A stretch of 64,000 nt of DNA from contig OZ024742.1 of NCBI GenBank assembly GCA_964016885.1, positions 49,228,001 through 49,292,000 on the forward strand, given 5' to 3'. The stretch comes from Eledone cirrhosa (taxonomy: Eukaryota). Below, piece by piece: positions 54,147 to 64,000 of this stretch (position 1 is its first letter; the number at the start of each line of letters is the position of its first letter). The notes below the pieces were generated by a model, which made no database searches, was not told the DNA's origin, and saw nothing but the letters and a program-made list of their open reading frames with translations. Both the position numbers and the translations under genes were made by a program.

Positions 54147-56206
54147 TATATATATATATACACACACATATCTGTTTGATTAGTTACTCATGAGAATGAG
54201 TACTCAATAGCAAAGAGGAATTTAATAAGAGTCTATATTATGGCTGTGTAGTTATTTTGGAGTCTCATCTGTGTACCTACAAGATCATCAAATAAGACAA
54301 GGTAGTGATGGGAGTCAAGAGGAGAGGGTTACATTTTATTTGCTGAGGTAGTGGAGGTAGCTTTGAAGTGTGTGAATGATATCTGGCAGTAAATTATGAG
54401 GTGTGACCAGTTTTCCATGCTGGCATAGGCTGGAAGATGAAGGATGTGAATGGAGGGGTGACAAAGGTGTGTGTGTGTGAGCATGCATGATTGTCTTCCT
54501 ATGTTTTTGACTGCCATTTCTTATAGGTCGAACTACTGTGTAGAGGCTCCTTTGCTGATTGCAATATTTTCTAGCTGCTTGAGAAACCTACTAGCACTGA
54601 GCAGCTGTACTCTCTCTTGAGGTTTTTCTTTTGTCAGATTGTTAAAGATATAGTAAAATGAAACAATGTGAGCCAATACTCTCTCTGGAAGGATTATATG
54701 GCTTAATTACTGAATACATAACTATTTTTAAGATATAAGCTTTTGTCTACGTAGCTAAATGTTTTCATTTCTAGCTATTTAGAATGACTGTTTTATTTTA
54801 TTTTATTTTATAAGAGTCTTTTATGTTATGCAAGCTTGGAAAACAGACCTGATGGCTATGTCAATGATATAAGATAGTAGTTATCAGGAAAAGGTTAAAG
54901 GCATATACCTTCACTGCTATCATCTAACTTTCGTTATCTGTGAAGTGCTAAAATACATTTCCTTTAGCTCTGTTGTCAATTAGCATCCATGTAAATTTGA
55001 TTATTAAAAAACAGTTTTGGACAAGTGTAAAGGAAAAAGAATTTCCACAATGAAAAACAGATGTGAAAGAAAAAAGATAAACATATATGCAAAACTGAAC
55101 AGTAGCAACAGAAGTGTCTCCAAGCAGTCTTCCAATCTGGATTATTTATAGAAAAAATAATAATAAGAAGAAATATTGAAATGGTCAGCATATTGTTCCT
55201 GATCAAGTTACTGGTCTTCTATAATACCTTTGTAATCCAGTCTAAACACAGGCTTACTTAACAATCATAGGCTACCTTAAGCTTCTAGCCAGTTCAATAT
55301 GACAATAAGTTGAGCTGAAACATTACCAGCTGTTGTTTATCTGCTGATACAGCATGTTTGCTAGTATTTCTTTCTCATATCAGAAAAATATAATCTCCCT
55401 CTCTCACCCCCCACACCTTACTTCACCTTTTCTTCTTACCTCTCGTTCTTCTACTGCTTTCTTTCTACTTTTTTCTCTCTATCGCCTATTTTATTCCAAT
55501 ATAAACCCAGACATAATTCCCAAAGGTTCTCTTTGTTCTGTTATGATCTTACACTAGGATATAGCTTACTGTATGATGTCTAAATCAATCTCTACTATAT
55601 AATGTAAATAGATTTTTCTTTAATTTTCTGTTAATGTTATTTTCTTTTCTACATTATTTATTGTTATAATCTGTGAATTTTGATTCCCAAGAATTGATAT
55701 TTATTTGGTAAAGTAGTTAGTGTTAGGAAGGACATCAAATAATAGAAACCAAGACAGAAATGGAAAAAGTGAGCAGGATATTGGCAGAAAAACATGGTTT
55801 GGATAAAATGGTCAAACCTGATTTGTCCACAAAGCCCACTTACTGCTCATGTTAAGCATATAACTTCACAAGGCTGTTAGTAATTATTTTACTAACAACA
55901 ACACACAGCACATATCAACACATACACATACACACATACCCAGCATTTTAATGTATTTCTCAATATATTCACTGAGATACAACACAGAACTATATGATAA
56001 CTAAGCAACTCTCTTAACATGTTAGATTTGCCTAAACCTACATCGATATATCTATCTATGTATCTCTCTCTCTCTATATATATATATAAACACGCAAATG
56101 AATATATATATATATATATATACATATACACATATGTATATGTGTGATATATATATATCTATCTGATGTAACAGAGTGTGTACTCAATACCAAAATAGAA
56201 TTTAAT

Positions 56207-56688
56207 AATTGGTTCTACTTTAGGCACAAGGCCAGCAATTACCCAGTACATTGCTGGTACTTTATTTTATCGACCCCGTAAGGATGAAAGGCAAAGTCAA
56301 CCTCAGTGGGATCTGAACTCAGACTGTAAAGGGACGTAACTATAGAATTTAATCATTGTTTCTACTTTAGGCACAAGGCCAGCAATTAACTAGTGCATTA
56401 CTGGTACTTTATTTTATCGACCCCGTAAGGATGAAAGGCAAAGTCAACCTCAGTGGGATTTGAACTCAGACCGTAAAGGGACGTAACTATAGAATTTAAT
56501 CATTGTTTCTACTTTAGGCACAAGGCCAGTAATTACCCAGTGCATTACTGGTACTTTATTTTGTCGACCCCGTAAGGATGAAAGGCAAAGTCAACCTCGG
56601 CAGGATTTGAACTCAGATCGTAAAGGGACGTAACTATGCGTCAAAGCATGGCGTCCGACCCTCTACCGATACTGCCAATCCACCGCCC
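56207..56688 (-). mobile_element. Meta-like SINE with tandem triplication of its 3' about 150 bp
   Basis: Three units; TAGAATTTAATAAT flanks both sides (56196, 56691) and TAGAATTTAAT recurs at the junctions. Confidence 0.85.
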
Positions 56689-56854
56689 TTTAGAATTTAA
56701 TAATATTCTTCATTATGGCTAGCTAAGTGATGTGTCTTATATACTATGGTATTTCACCTGTGTAGTAATACCATGTTCAAACATACACTCACACAAACAC
56801 ACACACACATATATATATATACAAATATTTATATGCATGTATATATATATATAT

Positions 56855-57119
56855 TGTCGTGGAGGTGCCACAGCAAAAAGGCACCCAGCCCACACTGTAA
56901 AGTGGACATGTAGGCGCCACGGAAAAAAAGCACCCGGCACTCACTGTAAATGAGGTTGGTGTTAGGAAGGGCATCCAGCTGTAGAAATCAAGCCAAAATC
57001 AGTTCCCGTATGAGCAAGACAAGGTCAGCTGACCAGACACTGCCCAGAACTGGACAACCCGTCTAACTCATGCTAGCGTGGAAGAACGGACACAAAACAG
57101 TGATGTTGATGATGATGAT
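56855..57119 (+). mobile_element. RTE-tail SINE/LINE 3' fragment
   Basis: Homologous to 432-587, 50735-50865 and the reverse of 63635-63830; (GAT)n tail. Confidence 0.75.
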
Positions 57120-57428
57120 ATATATATTTGACAGAGGTACATCACATGCACATATAGCACACACATCTACATATATATATATATGCATGTATATATATAT
57201 GCATGTATATATATATATATATATATATATACAAGCATATATATATATGTAGATGTGTGTGTCCATATGTAAGATAATTATTTAATTTACCAGTTGTTTC
57301 TTGAAGACAGATATGTATGTCTGTCTTCATTCATCTTATGTTGTATATTACATAACTAAAAAGCTCTGTATCCTACATAGAGCACTCTCTTTTCCTTTAC
57401 CTTTCCTATGGGAATACTTCATTTATAT

Positions 57429-58003
57429 ATCATCATCATCATCATCATCAACGTTTAACGTCCGTGTTCCATGCTTGCATGGGTTTGGACGGGGGTTTTC
57501 CCACTTGAGGCAAGAGTGATTGTCTTGCTCGCATAGGACTGTCTGGCAGGTTTTCTACAGTTGGATGCCCTTCCTAACACCAACCACATTTACAGTGTGG
57601 GTCTGGGAGGTTTTTACCGTGTTGCCTACACGGCCACATTACAGCGTGGACTGTGTGTTTTTTTGTCGTGACACCTACACGATCTCATTTGTTTCGGCCT
57701 GGATGGTGTGGCACCAACATAACTTTACATAGAAGGGGGCGGTGTGGATGGGGTGGGGGTGGTTGGACGGGGGTGTATTTTGTTAGAGATGCCTACTGAC
57801 TGTAGTAGGTTTTACTTTGTATTTAGGTAAGGCGGGTCTTCTCTATTACTGAGTACCGCCAAAGGTCTCGGTCCAGTGACATTGTCTTGGTGAGGTGTAA
57901 GTGTGTGAGGTCGGAGTTTATCAGCTGGTCCCAGGTTTTTCTGGGTCAGCCTATTCCGTGGCTACCGTCTATCTTTATTGCCCTGCACTTTGTTATACAG
58001 CTA
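57429..58003 (-). mobile_element. 5'-truncated RTE LINE copy (ORF end plus 3' UTR)
   Basis: Reverse complement of about 60205-60787 with scattered substitutions; (CAT)n tail. Confidence 0.9.
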
Positions 58004-58099
58004 TATATATATTTTCTATATATATTTGACAAAGGTCCAACACACACACATACAGACACAAACATATATATATATATGCATGTATATATATATACATGC

Positions 58100-58142
<43 letters not shown>

Positions 58143-58230
58143 GATGTGTGTGTCTGTATGAGTGTGTTTTGTACCTCTGTCAAATATATATGTTTATATA
58201 TATGTATATATATATATAAATATATATGTG

Positions 58231-58388
<158 letters not shown>

Positions 58389-60386
58389 CGGGATGGGGGA
58401 AGTAGAGAGGACTATCAAGTGGCCAGGAGGGAAGCTAGGAGACAAGTGTACTTGGCAAGAAGGGAAGCTGAGGAAAGAAAGTTCAAGCATGTTCTACAAC
58501 GCGATGACCAAAAACGTGAGGTGTTCAGGATTGCTAGGCAATGCGTCAAGGAAAACCGTGATATTGTCGGGGAGAAGTGTGTACTAAACGACGATGGCAC
58601 ACTTGCCATCACCGACGCTGATAAGAAGGTAGCTTGGAAGTGTCACTATGAAAGGCTTCTAAATGAGGAGAATAATTGGGAGAAAGGCAGTCTCCCCCAT
58701 ATCGACCCAATAGAGGGACCAGCAGTGTTAGTCGAGGGGAGTATAATAAGTAAGGCAATCAAGGATATGAAGACTGGTAAGGCGGCTGGGCCTTCGGAAA
58801 TAGTTGCTGAGATGCTGAAGGCATCTGGCACGGTGGGACACACCATGGTCACCCGCATAGTTAACCAAGTCGTACAGAACGGGGTTGTTCCGAAGGACTG
58901 GCATAGCAGCATCATCGTTAACTGTTATAAGGGTAAAGGAGACGCCCTAGATAGGAGTAACTATAGAGGCATTAAATTAATCGACCAGGTCATGAAGGTC
59001 ACGGAAAGAGTAATAGCGCAACTAATCAGAGAGAGAATTGACCTAGATGAAATGCAGTTCGGGTTTGTGTCAGGCAAAAGTACCACAGACGCTCTTTTCA
59101 TAGTACGACAACTACAAGAGAAGTACCTAGCTAAAGGTAAACCCCTCTACTTAGCTTTTGTCGACTTGGAGAAAGCCTTCGACAGAGTCCCCCGCTCCAT
59201 TATCTGGTGGGCTCTTAGAAAACTAGGCGTTGACGAATGGCTTGTGAGGGCTATACAAGCCATGTATAAAGAAACAGTCAGCAAGGTTAGAATTAACAAC
59301 GAATATAGTGAAGAGTTTAGCGTAAAAGTCGGCGTCCATCAGGGCTCTGTTCTCAGTCCACTACTATTTATTATTGCCCTTCAGGCTATAACAGAGGAGT
59401 TCAAGACAGGCTGCCCATGGGAACTCCTATACGCAGACGACCTGACACTCATAGCGGAATCAATGGCCGAGCTAGAAAAGAAATTCCAAACATGGAAGCA
59501 CGGCCTAGAGTCAAAAGGACTTAAAATTAACCTGGCTAAGACCAAAGTACTAGTTTGTAGGAAAGAAAACAAGGCGGCGGTCCCTTCTGGGAAATGGTCG
59601 TGCTCGGTGTGTAGGAAAGGCGTAGGTAGAAACTCCATTTTATGTCCTAAATGCAAAGTATGGGTGCATAAAAGATGTAGTGGGATCACAGGTAAGCTAA
59701 CTAAGAACATAGATTTTACATGTGGCCGGTGCTCTGGTGCAATAAGTAGCAGCAAGTACCCACAAACTACTAGCTCTTTCAATTGCGCAGAGGGTTCTAT
59801 AGAAATAGTGGACAGCTTCCGTTACCTGGGCGATAAAATCAGCAGTGGGGGAGGGTGCTCTGAAAGTACTGTAGCTAGAGTCAGAACTGGTTGGAAAAAG
59901 TTCAGAGAGCTTATACCACTATTAGCTGCTAAAGGGTTCTCACTAAAAATGAAAGGCAGGTTGTACGATGCCTGCATACGAACAGCAATGCTGCATGGCA
60001 GTGAGACCTGGGCATTGTGTGCAGAGGATATACGCAGACTAGAGAGGAACGAAGCTTGCATGCTCCGCTGGATGTGTAACAGTAATATACGTGAACGGCA
60101 AAGCATAAACGAACTAAGGAATAAATTAGAGATAAGAGGGATCAGATGTTGTTTACTCGAGAGAAGGCTACGTTGGTATGGACACGTGATGCGCATGAAA
60201 GTCGATAGCTGTATAACAAAGTGCAGGGCAATAAAGATAGACGGTAGTCACGGAATAGGCAGACCTAGAAAAACCTGGGACGAGCTGATAAACTCCGACA
60301 TCACACACTTACACCTCTCCAAGACAATGTCACTGGACCGAGACCTTTGGCGGTACTCAGTAACAGAGAAGACCCGCCTTACCTAA
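58389..60386 (+). CDS. RTE LINE reverse transcriptase, partial (no start codon, no APE endonuclease), with internal Cys/His zinc finger
   Basis: 665 open codons: [50 protein letters not shown] (59430), [35 protein letters not shown]. Confidence 0.92.
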   Translation, partial: RDGGSREDYQVARREARRQVYLARREAEERKFKHVLQRDDQKREVFRIARQCVKENRDIVGEKCVLNDDGTLAITDADKKVAWKCHYERLLNEENNWEKGSLPHIDPIEGPAVLVEGSIISKAIKDMKTGKAAGPSEIVAEMLKASGTVGHTMVTRIVNQVVQNGVVPKDWHSSIIVNCYKGKGDALDRSNYRGIKLIDQVMKVTERVIAQLIRERIDLDEMQFGFVSGKSTTDALFIVRQLQEKYLAKGKPLYLAFVDLEKAFDRVPRSIIWWALRKLGVDEWLVRAIQAMYKETVSKVRINNEYSEEFSVKVGVHQGSVLSPLLFIIALQAITEEFKTGCPWELLYADDLTLIAESMAELEKKFQTWKHGLESKGLKINLAKTKVLVCRKENKAAVPSGKWSCSVCRKGVGRNSILCPKCKVWVHKRCSGITGKLTKNIDFTCGRCSGAISSSKYPQTTSSFNCAEGSIEIVDSFRYLGDKISSGGGCSESTVARVRTGWKKFRELIPLLAAKGFSLKMKGRLYDACIRTAMLHGSETWALCAEDIRRLERNEACMLRWMCNSNIRERQSINELRNKLEIRGIRCCLLERRLRWYGHVMRMKVDSCITKCRAIKIDGSHGIGRPRKTWDELINSDITHLHLSKTMSLDRDLWRYSVTEKTRLT

Positions 60387-60787
60387 ATATATAGTAAAAC
60401 CTACTCCAGCCAGTAGGCATCTCTAACAAAATACACCCCGTCCCACCACCCCCACCCCCACCCGATCCACACCACCCCGTTCTATGTAAAGTTATGTTGG
60501 TGCCGCGCCATCGAGGCCGAAACAAATGAGATCGTGTAGGTGTCACGACAAAAAAACACACAGTCCACGCTGTAATGTGGCCGTGTAGGCAACACGGTAA
60601 AAACCTCCCAGACCCACACTGTAAATGTGGTTGGTGTTAGGAAGGGCATCCAACTGTAGAAAACCTGCCAGACAGTCCTATGCGAGCAAGACAATCACTC
60701 TTGCCTCAAGTGGGACTACCCCCGTCCAAACCCATGCAAGCGTGGAACACGGACGTTAAACGTTGATGATGATGATGATGATGATGA
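58389..60787 (+). mobile_element. 5'-truncated RTE-clade LINE
   Basis: RT ORF, about 400-bp 3' UTR and (GAT)n tail; the 5' end abuts (TA)n. Confidence 0.95.
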
Positions 60788-60811
60788 TATATATGTGTAT
60801 ATATATATACA

Positions 60812-60859
<48 letters not shown>

Positions 60860-61494
60860 TATGTATATATATATATACATATATATATATGCATGTATAT
60901 ATATATTTGACTGTACATACTGTATATATATATATATATTTGACAGAGGTACAACACACACACATCTACATCAGTCAGTAAAGTAGATGAGATAATTTTG
61001 ATGTTGACAATGTTTGTTTAACTGCTGATATTTGATATTTCTATTTTTTTCCATTGAACAGGATAATTCTCTATATCTTCTTTTTTTATTTTGTTACTTT
61101 GTTTTGGTTTTCATCTGTGATTTACAGTTAATCCTCTTAGCTGTTATCATAACCTTGGATCAGATTATTCCAAGGAAACGTAAGAATATTCAATAATTTC
61201 CATATTTCTTGTTATTTGGTATTTTGTTGTTTTATTTCATTTTATATATTTTCTTTTAAACCACATCCATACAGGCACACACATAATATACACCCAAAAG
61301 CAGGCTGCCACACATACATACACATATAGACATGCACCTAAAGCTTTTGTTCTTTTGTCTTCTAAAGATTTCTATTCTACATTTGAATTAGCATTCTGGA
61401 GAAATCTAGTCAATTCAAAATTTGGAACTTTTAGTCTGTCTAAGCCTTACCAGCTTCTGTCATCTCATCAGGGAATGTCATCTACTACTCCCTC

Positions 61495-61953
<459 letters not shown>

Positions 61954-62559
61954 TTGCAATGATCTTTATATCTATGTTTTCCCACTTCCTTTCTTTCAAC
62001 TTCAATTCATCCTTCTACTGTTACTCTGATTCTATTGAAATAAAGGCAATATTACAACTTATTGCCTCAATGACCTTTTGAAGATTTTTAAGACTCTTAT
62101 GAAATAATAATATATTTATAATAACAATGATAAAAGGAAAGTATCATATCTTTTATTATGAAATGGTGAATTGGCAGAATCACTAGAATGTTGAATAGAA
62201 TATTTTGTTATTCATTCTGGCTCACTGCACATTGAGTTCAAATGTTGTTGAGGTTGACTTTGCCTTTTATCTCTCTTAGTTAATAAAGTACCAGTCAAAT
62301 ATTAGGATTAATTCTGTGTGCACTTGCAGAACTAGATGTTAATTTGTAAGAAAACCTGTTTTTTTTTGGTTACTTTAAGTAGTCACATTTCTAGGTTCAT
62401 TGATATTTTTCATCATCACCACCATTTAATGCCCATTTTTCCATGCTAGCATGGGTATACATATATAATGTGTAAAGAAACCCTTAGATCAAGAATGACC
62501 ATGGGTTTTCCTCCTAGAAAGTTATCCTTTGGGGCACAAGCTCAATCAAGGGTGTTTTT

Positions 62560-62795
62560 TTTTAATGAAAGATTAGCAGTCACCCATGCATCGCCACACC
62601 GATAACATTGTCGAAAGAAAAGCCAAAAGGTGATACACCTTGGCATTATGACATTGCAACTCATTTCTACTGCTGAGTGAACTGAAGCTATATGAAATAT
62701 AGCAACTTGCTCAAGGAGACAGTGCATCACACTGTCCAGGTAGCAAACTCCCAACCTTATGCTTGTGAATCCAACTCTCTAACCACTAAGCCACA
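62560..62795 (-). mobile_element. Degenerate CORE-like tRNA SINE
   Basis: Reverse of a TGGCTTAGTGGTTAGAG head and CCTTGAGCAAG..CACTCAGCAGTAGAAATGAG, as at 249-400. Confidence 0.65.
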
Positions 62796-63634
62796 TTATT
62801 TCACACACATATATATATCATCATCATCTTCTTTATAACCATTCAATATTCATTTTCTATGCCTACATGGGTTAGATGAGCTGTCACCTACTGAGGTTAG
62901 ACTCATCAGCTGATTACAACTTGCTCATATGAACCATTTTGGGCTTGGTTTCTATGACTAGATGCCCTTCTTTGTGTTTTGGGAGAATGTAATCATGATA
63001 TTGGTTGCTTTTTGTCATAAGACATGCACTATTGCTTTATAGTTTGGACTATGAACAAAATACTTTAAAAAACTGTTAAACTAATATACACATGCATACC
63101 AACTCCAGTACGTATGTGTATATGTATGTGTGTAATTATATATAAATATATATATCATCATCATCATCATCGTTTAACGTTCATCTTCCACGCTAGCAGC
63201 TCTTGCTACCAGGGAAAACAAATGTTAAATGATGACAATGATTATATATGTATATATAAATATATATAAACAATGAGTTATATGGTTTGTTGATTATTCA
63301 ACAAAGTTAATTTTACAACAGATTAGAAGCACTCAACAGCTTTTTATCTGGAGTATCATTAATAATAATAATATTAATAAATGGAAAATATCTTTATTAA
63401 ACCATATATATTTTAGTATACATATTTCAAGGGTTCTAATATTTAAGTACGCTTTCGTCAGATAAAATATAATAATTGGTGTTAAGATAGTGATATATCT
63501 TCATGTGAACGTAATGGTATAAGTCCAGTGAATATATATATATGCACAAACGCACACACATACAATACACCTATGCAATATATACATGGAATGATGTACC
63601 AACAAAAGTGACAGCACTCTAAACTTTATATATA

Positions 63635-63830
63635 TCATCATCATCATCATCATCATCACCGTTATACGTCCGTTCTTCCATGCTAGCATGGGTTAGATGG
63701 GTTGTCCTGTTGTGGTCAGTGTCTGGTCGGCTGACCATGCCTTGCTCATACAGGGACTGATTTTGGCTTGATTTCTACAGCTGGATGCCCTTCCTATCAC
63801 CAACCTCATTTACAGTGAGTGCTGGGTGAT
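63635..63830 (-). mobile_element. RTE-tail SINE/LINE 3' fragment
   Basis: Reverse complement of the 56930-57119 type sequence. Confidence 0.75.
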
Positions 63831-63850
63831 TTTTCTATATATATATATAT

Positions 63851-63884
<34 letters not shown>

Positions 63885-64000
63885 GATAAATCTACCAAGA
63901 GTTTACGGTAGTGTCCAATCCGTATGAAGAACTCAATGTATTCCGGATATCATGGAAAGAAGAGATGTAATGAAAAACCACTTTCGGTGAAAGATAAACG

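Noticed and set aside
56207-56688. CRISPR-like or tRNA-array appearance
   Set aside because: Units are about 150-bp SINE segments without unique spacers or a cloverleaf; eukaryotic context.
63411-63467. Minus-strand CTGACGA..GAAATATGTA hammerhead
   Set aside because: Probably a decayed remnant, but stem I does not pair convincingly, so it is not listed as a feature.

Overview
AT-rich, repeat-dense eukaryotic DNA. The repeat repertoire (tRNA-derived SINEs with Meta-, CORE- and Nin/Deu-like domains, RTE LINEs with (GAT)n tails, long (TA)n/(CA)n arrays) suggests a cephalopod, probably Octopus; this is inference. No host gene can be called confidently, and almost all ORFs in the track are microsatellite artefacts. 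Supported features: a 5'-truncated RTE LINE with an uninterrupted 665-codon RT frame (58389-60787); a non-autonomous Helitron with both termini and a PIF1-helicase remnant (4428-6249); a second Helitron-like element; a rearranged Naiad/Neptune-type Penelope-like element (PLE); and fragments of HERO/NeSL-like, CRE-like, Penelope and BovB-like retroelements. The most notable signal is RNA-structural. (i) A hammerhead ribozyme-like motif whose three strands occur in non-circularly permuted order appears three times (41291, 54063, 9557), with identical spacing and compensatory stems in two copies. One sits in a 554-nt, direct-repeat-flanked, (TA)n-embedded non-coding element whose 5' end coincides with the predicted cleavage site. 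(ii) Many short (TA)n-embedded elements carry canonical or half hammerheads, fold back at or near the ribozyme, and share a TTGAGTRC tail motif. A by-eye drop in CpG after about 37 kb plus candidate promoter and exon signals hints at an unannotated methylated gene body.
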